A stretch of DNA of 40,334 nucleotides from NCBI GenBank assembly GCA_002811645.1, contig PDIP01000139.1:1-40334 (forward strand), read 5' to 3'. Of the stretch, positions 10,657 to 20,963 are shown one piece after another; positions within the stretch are counted from its first letter, which is position 1; every line of letters begins with the position of its first letter. The translations under genes were made by a program, and so were the position numbers. The stretch comes from Corallochytrium limacisporum Hawaii (Eukaryota > Protista > Pluriformea). Under the pieces are notes generated by a model that did no database searches, had not been told where the DNA came from, and was given only the letters and a program-made list of their open reading frames with translations.

Positions 10657-10697
10657 GTCCGTGCGTGAGTGAGTGAGTCCGTGCGTGAGTGAGTGAG
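10657..10697 (+). repeat. 20-nt tandem duplication containing (GAGT)n
   Basis: gtccgtgcgtgagtgagtga occurs twice in tandem, ~450 nt upstream of the RhoGAP ATG. Confidence 0.85.
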
Positions 10698-11146
10698 GGT
10701 GACTCTCTGGCGCGCGCACGTTCGCTTCATTTGCCCTTTTCAGTTTTCTTCTTTTCCTTTTTTTTTTAAAAACTTTTTGGTTTCCTGTCCTCCCCCCCTA
10801 AATTGCTGGGTGTGAAGCCTTGCCTGGAGACTTCACCAGCACGGCTATGGCTCCACAGTTGTTTTGGTTTGGCCCGTTTCGCAGTGGCTTTGCCCACTTG
10901 CGGGGGGAGGGGATGCGGCGGAGGGTTGGGCCGTCTGGCCACTGTGCACAACGTCTTCGGAAGGAAGAAGGCTATTTAGGAGCAGTAGACAATTTGAGCA
11001 AGGTTTAGAAGCATGCAGTGGTCCGTTGTAGTTTAGGCATGCAAGTGGAATTTAGTAGTCGGTCTAAAAGTAGGCAATATAGTGAAATTGAGATGACAAT
11101 GGTTTCATAGAACGGATACTGTAAGCGCTGTAGAACTGGATCCATC

Positions 11147-13522
11147 ATGCCCGAGGACGAAGGAAAGAAGAAGGGAGGCATCTTCTCCAAACTTCTAAAA
11201 CGTAAGGGAGGAAAGGAGGCTGCAGAGGAAGGTGATGAACCGGCCAGCCCACCAAATACTCCGGATGATGCCCTGGAAGAACAAGGGGCGCACGACTTGG
11301 ACGTGAACAGTCTGGAAGAGGAGCTCGCAGCAGTTAAAGAATCAATGACAGATGAAGAAGAAAAGAGACCAGATAGCCAGAAGCTCAGCAATACAAGTGT
11401 TGTAGATGACTCATCTTCCCATGAAGTTGCAAACACGACTCCAGAACAGTCAGACGACAAGCGGAAGCAAATTGATCCCAGTGGTGGAAAGATGCGTTTG
11501 ACCGCGGACCAGTCAGAGGCACAGCTGTCTGCGAGGAGCGCAGAGGGTACACCGATGGTGAATCAAAATTCTCGGCGCGCAAAGGACAAGGAAGCAAAGG
11601 TCAGTAAGGAGGAAAAAGACCGTCTGAAGCAAGCAAAGAAGGAGGAGAAGAGGGCAGAAAAGGAAAAGAAGGAAGCTGCAAAGCAGGCCAATAAGACGGA
11701 AAAGAAGAGTGGGCTTTTTGGTATCAAGAAAAACAGTAGCACTGATATCAATTCTGCAGGAACAGGACCAACCGCACCGGTCTTTGCTGTCCCACTGGCC
11801 CAGAGCATTGCCAACGGTGGTGAAGTTGGCGGGGTGCCAGCTTTCCTTGAGGCGGCATTTACTTTCTTGGAAAACTCTGCTCTAACAGAGACTGGTATTT
11901 ATCGAGTGAGTGGGTCGGCCACGGAGATTCGGCGCTTGCGAGACGCCCTAGACCGTGGTGGTTCTGCCAAGGAGCTCATCGAGGATGCCGAACTCTTGGA
12001 TCACAACGCTGTAGCAAGCCTCATCAAACTATTCTTCCGGGAGCTTCCTGACCAACTGCTAGTTCCCATTCAGCCAGAAATCCACGCAGTGGTTACCTGT
12101 CACCGTCACCAACAGAAGACCTCCCAAGAAAAACAGCAGTTGCTCGTGGACGCGGATCCGGAAGAGGATGCAGCAGAGGATTACATGCCCCTTCTGCGCA
12201 CCATCACAGCCCACCTTCCTGCAGCTTATGCCTATCTTCTCCGCAGACTGTATCTGCACTGCGCTCGCATTTTGGACCATGAGGCTGAGAATAGTATGTC
12301 AGCCGAAAACCTTGCGATTGTTTTTGGTCCCAATTTGAAAATGCCTCAAGATGTCATGTTCCACTACCTGCATAATGCACGTGCTGTATTTGATTATGAT
12401 TTCGCACCACGGGAGCGGCCTGCAGAGGAGACGGACGACGAGCTGGTAACTATGGTCCGAGGGCTGCTTCCAGATCGCATGCTTGATGAGTATGAGACTC
12501 TGACAAGTACGGAATCATTGTTTAAGCTGCAGGAAGCTGGGTCTAAGCACCACATTATGCAGGAAGAGGCCGCGGTTGCGGACATGCAAGTACCTGGGAC
12601 CAACGTTCCCCGGGAGGACTCTTTCGCAGGAGTCTCTGTCGACGATGATTTTGACCATGAACGACGAAGCAGCAGACTCAGTAAGCCACGCACGCCAATG
12701 CGGGAGTCCATCCCAGACGAGCCCGCTGGGGATGAAGCTGGCTACTACGACGAAGACGGAGAGTATCATTTGTACAGTGAAGTGGGATACCACGATCCCG
12801 CTGGCAATTGGCACTTCTACCATGACGTTGGATTTTATGACGAGAACGGAGACTATCACTTCCACGAAGAACATTTGAAGCAACAGGATGAACTTGCAGC
12901 CGCACTGGAACCGCAAGAAGAGGAGCAGCACAATGGCTCTGCAGCGGATCATGTCGAAGAAGTATCCCCCGAATTCCAGCAGGGTGGTGATGTACCAAAC
13001 GTTGACCCGCAGGGTCTTATGGAATTTGTCAACTACCACGAGAAGCTGCAAGATATGCTCGGCGAACATGGAGAGAATCAGATCGATATTGAGGGTGAGG
13101 ACAGTGCGGATCTGGAGAAGATGATTCCAGTGCTAAAGAGCTACCTTAGGGGACTGCAAGACATGAAGGACCAGTTAGCCAAAGACAAAATGGGCGAGAA
13201 CAAAAGGCAGGCAGACGCCGACAAGGAGGCCGCCATGCTGCACAATCTAGGCGTGAATCCTAAGGACGAGGACGAGGAGCGCATTGAAGCGATGACCAAA
13301 GAAGACTTGGCCGAGGAATTTGCGACGCTGAAGAACCGTCAGGCTGAACTCACTGCCAGCATTGAGGAACTGACGGGTAGCATTTTCGATGAGCATCTCC
13401 AGGTGCTGCGGACTCAAGCTGCGATCGATGCCCACCATAGTGCTGCCGCAACGTCCGCACCTGTAGTGCCGGAAGTCACGGCCGAAGTCAACGGTGAAAT
13501 CAGAGACGGCACAGCAGAGTAG
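11147..13522 (+). CDS. RhoGAP-domain protein, RalBP1/RLIP76-like, 791 aa
   Basis: K/E-rich stretch, then PVFAVPL, arginine finger GIYRVSG, VASLIKLFFRELP and MSAENLAIVFGPNL. The short GAP ending and the C-terminal coiled coil resemble RalBP1. RhoGAP is certain; orthology is tentative. Confidence 0.9.
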   Translation: MPEDEGKKKGGIFSKLLKRKGGKEAAEEGDEPASPPNTPDDALEEQGAHDLDVNSLEEELAAVKESMTDEEEKRPDSQKLSNTSVVDDSSSHEVANTTPEQSDDKRKQIDPSGGKMRLTADQSEAQLSARSAEGTPMVNQNSRRAKDKEAKVSKEEKDRLKQAKKEEKRAEKEKKEAAKQANKTEKKSGLFGIKKNSSTDINSAGTGPTAPVFAVPLAQSIANGGEVGGVPAFLEAAFTFLENSALTETGIYRVSGSATEIRRLRDALDRGGSAKELIEDAELLDHNAVASLIKLFFRELPDQLLVPIQPEIHAVVTCHRHQQKTSQEKQQLLVDADPEEDAAEDYMPLLRTITAHLPAAYAYLLRRLYLHCARILDHEAENSMSAENLAIVFGPNLKMPQDVMFHYLHNARAVFDYDFAPRERPAEETDDELVTMVRGLLPDRMLDEYETLTSTESLFKLQEAGSKHHIMQEEAAVADMQVPGTNVPREDSFAGVSVDDDFDHERRSSRLSKPRTPMRESIPDEPAGDEAGYYDEDGEYHLYSEVGYHDPAGNWHFYHDVGFYDENGDYHFHEEHLKQQDELAAALEPQEEEQHNGSAADHVEEVSPEFQQGGDVPNVDPQGLMEFVNYHEKLQDMLGEHGENQIDIEGEDSADLEKMIPVLKSYLRGLQDMKDQLAKDKMGENKRQADADKEAAMLHNLGVNPKDEDEERIEAMTKEDLAEEFATLKNRQAELTASIEELTGSIFDEHLQVLRTQAAIDAHHSAAATSAPVVPEVTAEVNGEIRDGTAE

Positions 13523-13603
13523 TAAAGGAAATCACAAGTCATTTTCAGTATCATGGTATTTGTTGATGTATAGTGATATTTTTACAACCTTTGGTCTTTT
13601 TTC

Positions 13604-14704
13604 TCATTTTTCGTACGCAAAGGTTTTGATCAGATGGTGCGCAATGGCAATTGGTGGGGGCAGGCGTACAGACCCATCTGCCGTTGCTGCGTAGGTGTCA
13701 TCTGTGCGTCCCAAGGCGTCGATGATCTCTGCCTTTGTGAACCACCGTGCCTCCTCCAGTTCACCATCTCGGCATTTAACCGGAGGGCATGGATCCCCGT
13801 CCTCTGTCTGCTGTGCGCGGGCCATGCATCCAATCATCAGTTGCGCCGCACTGCTGCCTCGGCCAATGGGCCAGGGTTGGCAACTGTGGTAATCCACACT
13901 CATGAGATTCAAGCAGACACTCGTCTCCTCCCATGCCTCTCGCAAACAGCCCTCTTCGATTGTCTCCGCAGCATCCAGGAAGCCTGAAACACAACTGAAC
14001 ATGCCCTTAGGCCAGCTCGTCTGCCGTCCCAGAAGACATTTCTTACCGTCAGCTGACCGGATCAGTACAATGATTACGGGATCGATCCGAGGGTAGAATC
14101 GGCGACCACAACCATCCTCCTTGCTTCTCCGACATTGTCGCTTAGCGCCACCCTCAATGCTGATCATCTCTGTGCCGCAGTGCCCGCAGTAGCGATTGTT
14201 ATCGTGCCAATCGAGCAAAGACCGAGCCAAACCGACCCAGCCAAGTTCGTATTCCTTGGCCGTGGTACCTGGCAGCCGGCGTGGATCAATGAAGCGAATT
14301 TTGGATGTGTCCTCGTAGCCCACGATGTCACACAGTTTATGGATTACCGGGTCTACAATGCCACCCATTCTTTTTACCAGTTTGTCCAGGCCCACGGCAA
14401 AGAGGTAGAACTTGAGTCCTGCAAAGCCCAAGAAAATGCTGTTTGAGTCGTCTAGGTGCCTATCCAGCACCTCTTCCGTATGCTGCAAAGTCAAGTACAC
14501 TAATGACTTCGCCCGTCGTCCCTCTTCCGTCTCCATATCTCTAACCAGAGGCTGGCCATTAACAAATATCATGACCCGCACGAGTTCGCCGTGGGCCTTG
14601 AGCAGTTCGCGAAGAAAGTGTTCCTTCTTCCGCTGACCGGCTCCCATACGATCCAGCTTCACGCCGGAGAAAGAGCTGGACCGTGAACTGCTTGGTGTGT
14701 CCAT
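13604..14704 (-). CDS. NADH pyrophosphatase / NAD-cap decapping Nudix hydrolase (NudC, NUDT12/13-like)
   Basis: ARSLLDWH..RYCGHCG Zn ribbon, YPRIDPVII, CLLGRQ, Nudix box GFLDAAETIEEGCLREAWEETSV, CQPWP, QLMIGC, ELEEARWF and PPPIAIAHHLI. First ATG is at 14704; the ORF-track start at 14746 is non-ATG. Confidence 0.93.
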   Translation of the reverse strand: MDTPSSSRSSSFSGVKLDRMGAGQRKKEHFLRELLKAHGELVRVMIFVNGQPLVRDMETEEGRRAKSLVYLTLQHTEEVLDRHLDDSNSIFLGFAGLKFYLFAVGLDKLVKRMGGIVDPVIHKLCDIVGYEDTSKIRFIDPRRLPGTTAKEYELGWVGLARSLLDWHDNNRYCGHCGTEMISIEGGAKRQCRRSKEDGCGRRFYPRIDPVIIVLIRSADGKKCLLGRQTSWPKGMFSCVSGFLDAAETIEEGCLREAWEETSVCLNLMSVDYHSCQPWPIGRGSSAAQLMIGCMARAQQTEDGDPCPPVKCRDGELEEARWFTKAEIIDALGRTDDTYAATADGSVRLPPPIAIAHHLIKTFAYEK

Positions 14705-15371
14705 CGTGGAGCTTTGGAGGATTATCTTGCTACAGCGACTAACCAATTGACCATAAGAGAGAGAGTATATAGTTATGTCATTGCTGGACGTTGCCGGCCC
14801 GCTGATCTATTGGATCGACGTTTGATACGCTGTTCGTACAGGAAGGACTTATTGCAACTATTTGTCTTGCCACTGTCTTGTACCAATTCAGATTGAAATT
14901 TCCTGTGCTTCAGCACCCATAACCTAAGTGGACACATAGTCACACAAACACTCTCCCCAGAACCTTGTCACGAGCCCAGTCATGAAATCGATGACACTCA
15001 TACTCTTCCCTCTCCTGAGGGTCCTACTGTCCACAGAACCCCCAGTATTACACCCCGCCCCCTTCTGAAACACGAGTGTCGTCGGACATTTCGTGCGCCT
15101 TCCTTGGCGGAGGGAATCGGTTCTGATCCAGGGTTTCTAAAGTCTCGATTCTCTGCCTATTCTGGCGGGTGGGTTGGGGAAGCCGTCTGCACTGAATATT
15201 TCCTTCTTTTTCTGTTTCTCCCTCCCCCCAACCCCGGCCCCAGTGCCTGACCTTTTATTGTTCTTAACCCCACCCCCCCCCCTTCCCATCCCTTTCTCCT
15301 TTTTCTTTTATTCTTTGCGAGTCTTGAACGGGCAGTGCGCGCTTCCCCCCCCCCCCCCTTTCCGCCCCCCC

Positions 15372-15590
15372 NNNNNNNNNNNNNNNNNNNNNNNNNNNNN
15401 NNNNNNNNNNNNNNNNNNNNNNNNNNNNNNNNNNNNNNNNNNNNNNNNNNNNNNNNNNNNNNNNNNNNNNNNNNNNNNNNNNNNNNNNNNNNNNNNNNNN
15501 NNNNNNNNNNNNNNNNNNNNNNNNNNNNNNNNNNNNNNNNNNNNNNNNNNNNNNNNNNNNNNNNNNNNNNNNNNNNNNNNNNNNNNNNNN
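15372..15590. other. Assembly gap (219 N) flanked by C-rich homopolymeric sequence
   Basis: Run of N, with C14 at 15345-15358 and C-runs on both sides. Confidence 0.99.
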
Positions 15591-16224
15591 TCCCCCCCTC
15601 GCTCCCAAGTTTCTTGTGCGGACACTACCCCCCCCTCCGCCGCGCTCCGCCCGCCACCCCGACTCCCGTCTCCCCCTCCTTGCCGCCCACCCCTTCTCCT
15701 CCGGCCGGGGGGAACGACTTTTTAAAAAGGGGGTGACCGGGGACCGATTTTCCTCCGGCCGCCAAGTGTGCCGCCCCTCTTTACTCGCCTCCTCCTCACC
15801 CGGTTCCCCCGGGGCGACAGAAAAACGATAGCGCGGCCACCCCCCCCCTTTTCCCCTGAGAGACCGATCGTCCGCTCGGAGCCCGTCTCGGGATGGACGG
15901 ACCAAACCGCTCCCCCTCCCCGGGGAGTTCAAGTGGCGGGCGTAGCGTTGGGGGCAAGGGAAAATCCGGGCCCAACGGACCCGCGCTCGGACTAACGGAC
16001 CACATCACGGATACCTCCATGAAGGGGATGAGGGAATGAGACGGTCGTATTTGCTGTGCGGAGGAAGTGGAGAATGAGGAGGCGAGGAAACGGATCCCTG
16101 TGAGCATGGACAAGTGGCAAAGCACGTTCCGGGACAAAGACTAAGAAAGGATAGAGACCAAGCAGTTCACAGGTATTGACTATACTATCTGTTTCTCTTT
16201 CATGGAGCTGGATGGTTCTCACTA

Positions 16225-18144
16225 CTATTGGGAGTCACCGAGACGGGGCAGGATACCAAAGATTCCAACGCCTCCGGACGCTTTGGGCTCTTCATTGTTG
16301 CCGTTGAAGCCTGGGGCAAGGGCAAGGTCACCATTTCTGCGGACCTCCTCCATCATCTTACGTACTTGAGGACAGTGGACACTAAGTCGTTCTCTAGCTT
16401 CCTGCATCCATTCGCTGTCATCCTCGAAGTGGGTCATGCGATCGCTGGTAAGTGGATGTGTGGAAAGGTAGCTCTCGAGGAGGTTACGACGGCGCTTGGC
16501 CCTCTCAGTCTTCCTTTCATTGAACTTGTCCAGTTTCTGTCGGCGTTTGGCCTTCTCGCTCTTGGTTTCGTTGTACTCGTCGAGCTTTTGCTGGTCTTCT
16601 TCCTTCAATTCGGCATTCGTGGCACCAGATGGTGGCTTGCTCGAGCCACCGTTCCGTGCATCGTCCTCTACAACCGCCATTTTTTCCCAGAAAGGCTTGG
16701 CCTGAGTAATGTCATAGCAGGCGTTTGCCATCAGCATGAGTCCAATCTGATCCGCTTCACTCTCCATGGTCCTGCTCTTTGGTAGGGATACCGCGACCTC
16801 AAGGATGGCCGGCAGCAAGGCGCTCTGTGGGTCGACGACCGCGGTTACAACTCTCAAAGCCGCCGCAATGACGACGTTTTCACTGAAATGACGTGCAACA
16901 TAGTGCCCAATCTCGTGCCCCAACACCAGGGCCATTTCGTGTTCATTAGTGGCGACATCGAAAAGCCCCGTGTTCACATACACAGATCCGGCTCCAGTTA
17001 CGAATGCGTTGGGCGTAGAGTCTTGCACAATGTGCACTGGCAGCTCTGGCAGTTCATTGAAGAAGCACAAGCGCGAAGTAATCCGCTTCACTATCTGGTA
17101 CTGCCATGACTTCTCATCCAAGAGCTGGCCTTCCACCTGGGCTTCCACAGTCTCGTCCATAAGCTCTGCAACGTACTGCTCAAAGCTCCTACTCATGATT
17201 CTGAGCCTCAGGCGCCCACTGTAAGGGATGGTCTCCACCTCCCAGGTTGACATGATGCCTGTAAGAATAACTCCAATGACAAACCCAGTGGCCACCTTGT
17301 GCCGGCGCCAGAAAGATTTCTGCTTCTTCGACTGGTGACTGCTTAGACTGCCGGTGACACCACTGATGGAAAGTCGGGGTCGACTGACGGTCCATTTAAA
17401 CCGTTCCTTGTTCGCCGTCTTCTCAGCAATCACTTCCGTATGCTGTGCGGGTTGACCGCTAGGCGCACGTCCTGGCACAACCGTCATTGAATACATTCGC
17501 TGTTGCTGTTGATGATGTTCAAGGGGGGTCATGTACGATGGGTCCTGCTTGCTATCTACTGTGGCCGGTTTCTTGTTGGTGCTGGCGCTGGTCACCATTT
17601 CTACATTGTTGCTACTACTCTTACTGTTGCTACTACTACTACTACTACTTGTTGTCCCTTGATTTCGATCCTTGGGTGTGCTTTCGCCTTCAATCACACG
17701 TCCAGTTTTAGGCGGACCCACTTCACCTTCTCCGGGAGTGGGATAACCATTCTTGCCGTTTTTGTTGCGGAGAATCCTGGAAGGACGAATTGCGGAGTAA
17801 TCAACCACGGCGCTGGTACTAATATCAGCCCTTGGCAGGTGGAAAGGTAATAGTGCCGTAGATTGTGTCGTGTGTTGGTACTTGACAACTTGATTATACT
17901 TGTGCATTAGTAAGGCGAGTTCCCGTGTTTGTTTTGATATTGGTACCAAGCTGCGCTGGCCCCGCGGCTGCAAGGGCAGTCTTGTACGGCTTGACCATCC
18001 AAAACTGACACTGCCGAACTCTGCATGCTGTAGTGACGCATTTACTCGAGGCAAGGAATGCTGACTTTGGTTCCCGATGCCTTTCGTGAAAGTAACTGGA
18101 GACCCATTTCCACGGATCCACTTCGTTAAAAAGGCTTTCAACAT
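16225..18144 (-). CDS. OMA1: OMA1-like mitochondrial metalloendopeptidase (peptidase M48), 639 aa
   Basis: TM segment followed by ETIPYSGRLR, PNAFV, VNTGL, HEIGH zinc motif, SRTMESEADQIGL and YLSTHP..DR. Long basic, acid-poor N-terminus. Confidence 0.92.
   Translation of the reverse strand: MLKAFLTKWIRGNGSPVTFTKGIGNQSQHSLPRVNASLQHAEFGSVSFGWSSRTRLPLQPRGQRSLVPISKQTRELALLMHKYNQVVKYQHTTQSTALLPFHLPRADISTSAVVDYSAIRPSRILRNKNGKNGYPTPGEGEVGPPKTGRVIEGESTPKDRNQGTTSSSSSSSNSKSSSNNVEMVTSASTNKKPATVDSKQDPSYMTPLEHHQQQQRMYSMTVVPGRAPSGQPAQHTEVIAEKTANKERFKWTVSRPRLSISGVTGSLSSHQSKKQKSFWRRHKVATGFVIGVILTGIMSTWEVETIPYSGRLRLRIMSRSFEQYVAELMDETVEAQVEGQLLDEKSWQYQIVKRITSRLCFFNELPELPVHIVQDSTPNAFVTGAGSVYVNTGLFDVATNEHEMALVLGHEIGHYVARHFSENVVIAAALRVVTAVVDPQSALLPAILEVAVSLPKSRTMESEADQIGLMLMANACYDITQAKPFWEKMAVVEDDARNGGSSKPPSGATNAELKEEDQQKLDEYNETKSEKAKRRQKLDKFNERKTERAKRRRNLLESYLSTHPLTSDRMTHFEDDSEWMQEARERLSVHCPQVRKMMEEVRRNGDLALAPGFNGNNEEPKASGGVGIFGILPRLGDSQ
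17631..17648. repeat. (TAC)6 microsatellite encoding poly-Ser in OMA1
   Basis: tactactactactactac on the + strand. Confidence 0.85.
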
Positions 18145-19139
18145 GGCTCTACACTATATCACAATCTACTCTGAGCACAAGAGTATTCTCAGCTAAGTAT
18201 TACTCTTGAACCCCTACCAAGGATGAGTCATGATGCCTCCATTTTCATCAATAACAATGAAAACAACCAACGGAATCAGCTGCCCACCATGTCGGCTATC
18301 TTCCTGTATCGTAACGCATTTTCAGCCATATACTGCAATAGTACAGTCATCCACAATAAGGTTTTAAATAGAGTCACTTGATGCTGTTCTAGTGTCTTCG
18401 AAACAAGTTATCGTTACACATGTGATACGAGGCCCATCGGGAACGTCACGAAAGCCAGTTGCAGGTCAAGCAAAACTTTTGTTGCACTTTTCTGGAAGGG
18501 AATTCCGCGGTGGAAAATTAAAGATATTCCGTATGTATATATTTGTAGGAAGTCATACATATGGTTTACACTTACTCTAACTCTCAGATTAATTGAAAAC
18601 AGTTCACTATTTTCATATTATGGCTACTAAAGATAATTAGCCGTGGTATATCAAATTACTGACTTTTGCTCCAAAACAGTGGGGCTGTAGTGTGACCCTT
18701 GCATGACACAGACGGAAACAGGCTCGCCGTGCCTGCGATCAGTCAGCCCCTAAACTTGGATACTTCGCTGGGATTCTGTGCTGAATAGCCAGGTAGTCCG
18801 TGGAATCAAATTGTTGTGCTTGGTTGGTGGTCGGGGCACGAATTCAGTGGCAGAGCAAATACAACCTCTGCGCAATCGTTAAGCAAGATTGTCCGATCGG
18901 CCCCCCCGGGGGGGGGGAGGGTACCGCAAGGACTCACCACAGAGACCGCGTCCTCATGATTGCACGGGTTGGTTTGCGCCGTTCTGTTCTGCCAGACAAT
19001 AAGTTGAGACTGTGGTCAAGAGGTACTTGAAGGAAGTTCTTGTCGGTGACAGCTATGAACAAGGCCAGTGATTGCTTGCGCAAGATCGTAGAGCATGCGA
19101 TATTGATCTATTAATAACTGAAACGCACTACTTAAAACA

Positions 19140-19988
19140 ATGACGTTTAATGTGAGAGGTCGTGTGGCCCTTATTACTGGAGGATCTAGAGGGCTTGGTG
19201 GTGGTCTGGCTGAGCGCTTGGCTAGTAAAGGTTGTAACGTGATCCTGGCTGACGTGTTGGAAAAAGAGGGCAGGGCCCTGGCTGAGAAGATTAACCGGGA
19301 GTGCAACACAAAGCGCGCTGTGTTCAGATTCTGTGACGTGACCCGCGACGAGCATATCATCCGTGCTCTGAAGGCTGGTCCGGAAGAGTTCGGAAAGGGA
19401 GTGAGCATTCTTGTGAACAATGCAGGCATTGGTGGTGTGGATTCTCGCTTGCTGTATGACCCCAATCAGCAGAACACCCATGCGGGTGCTACCGCCTGGG
19501 CCCTTGGAAAGAAGGTCCTGGAAATTGACCTCACAGCTGTGGTCAATTGCACCCGCCTCGCTGTGTTGGAAATGATTCAGGCAGGTACGCAGAAGGGCGC
19601 CGTGATTGTCAATGTGGCAAGCATGGGTGGTCTTCACCCAATGGGTAGTGACCCTATCTACGCTGCCGCAAAGCACGGTGTGATCGGATACTCGCGGTCG
19701 ATGGATATCGTCCTGGGTCGGCTGCATGGCATGCGTGTGAACGCTATCTGCCCGTCCTTCACTGATACAGACATGGGACGGGAAGGTATAGCAGCCGAAC
19801 AGAAGATAAATGCCACGAAGGCTGCAATGCTCCCTGTCTCCCTTGTGGTCGACGGTTTCATAGAGCTTATTGAGGACGAGAGCATGAACGGCAAGGTCCA
19901 ACGCTGTACTTCGGCCTTTGGAATCGACTACGTGTCTTATCCCGAGGACCGCGCAAGGCAGAAGAAGAACAAGAGCAGCAAACTCTGA
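19140..19988 (+). CDS. Classical SDR oxidoreductase (15-hydroxyprostaglandin dehydrogenase-like) with PTS1
   Basis: TGGSRGLG, CDVT, LVNNAGI, VNVASMGG, YAAAK and VNAICPSFTDT; C-terminus KKNKSSKL. Confidence 0.92.
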   Translation: MTFNVRGRVALITGGSRGLGGGLAERLASKGCNVILADVLEKEGRALAEKINRECNTKRAVFRFCDVTRDEHIIRALKAGPEEFGKGVSILVNNAGIGGVDSRLLYDPNQQNTHAGATAWALGKKVLEIDLTAVVNCTRLAVLEMIQAGTQKGAVIVNVASMGGLHPMGSDPIYAAAKHGVIGYSRSMDIVLGRLHGMRVNAICPSFTDTDMGREGIAAEQKINATKAAMLPVSLVVDGFIELIEDESMNGKVQRCTSAFGIDYVSYPEDRARQKKNKSSKL

Positions 19989-20963
19989 ACACAGAGCGGC
20001 CGGCGCTGTCCAGATCGGCTGTGTATCCCGCCAGAATACCAGAGCTCACAAGCGCACCGAAAATGGCTTCTCGTACGCCCACTGCGAACCCCTCCCTCCG
20101 TCCAATCACCGGTCGATAATGGGAGTCCATTTTACTCGCCAGTTGGGTACAGCGCAGGGGTGCTTGGAGGGAAGCTTCAGAAAGACCGGCCCGTTGGCAG
20201 GGAGGGTGGGAGGGTCTCGCGGCTCCTGTTTTAGCTGTTCAAACATTGCAATAGATTGCTAATCTCTGTCTTCCATCGATACTGTGCTCCATTTCAATAG
20301 TGAATATATGATCTTTTCTCCAAACTCAGAAGGACACTGGTGCGCAACAAACGGGTGGAATCAAATGCCCAAAAATATGAGGCGCACGAGACAAGAGGTC
20401 GCGTCAATGTCCGACAAGAATGTCTCGTTCCCGCTTGAGGCTACGGGAGACAGCTGGGTGAGTGTAACAAGCCTCCCTGTACCCCCGCTTGCAGAGAGCG
20501 TCACGGAACGGAAATGAACGGTTCTGGGGAAAGGAAAAATGGGATAAATTGATAGGGGTATACACATTCCTTGAGACTGACTTTCATCGAGAGTTGCAAA
20601 ACGGAGAGGCGCAAGCAATTGGGCAAACGATGAATGCAGCAAACTGGCTGATCGCAGGTACGAGAGTACAGATCGAGTTGGTCTGAAAACTGGACCAATT
20701 TAATTTTGATTCACGACTTGGTTGTATTTATGGGTATGTGAATTGGAAGAGTTTTCTCATTTTGTAGATAAGACGCAAAGCGTGAAGTTTGGTTGTTCAG
20801 CCTCAACGGTTCTGGAAAAGGGAGAGGTGTGTGTAGTCTAAAGGGAAATATTCGTGTACAACGTAAAAAGTCTACAATCCTGACGAATTAACGAAATCAA
20901 GGTGCAGAAGGAAACATGTGATCGGCACGTACTTTTGTTTGAGTTAAATCTGATCTACGAAGT

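Noticed and set aside
115-13522. Formin and RhoGAP as a Rho-signalling gene cluster
   Set aside because: Three unrelated genes intervene and both families are common; proximity alone is not evidence.
13535-13606. Cryptic PTS1 by readthrough of the Nudix TGA
   Set aside because: The context is TGA-GAA, not TGA-CTA, and the extension ends NDL, which is not a PTS1.
15174-16010. ORFs spanning the N gap, and GC-rich sequence after it
   Set aside because: Artefacts of Ns and homopolymer-rich, probably low-quality flanks.
19128-19901. 257-aa antisense ORF over the SDR (likewise 8346-9029, 21783-22538 and 29729-30274)
   Set aside because: Antisense ORFs arising from codon bias of real genes; no motifs of their own.
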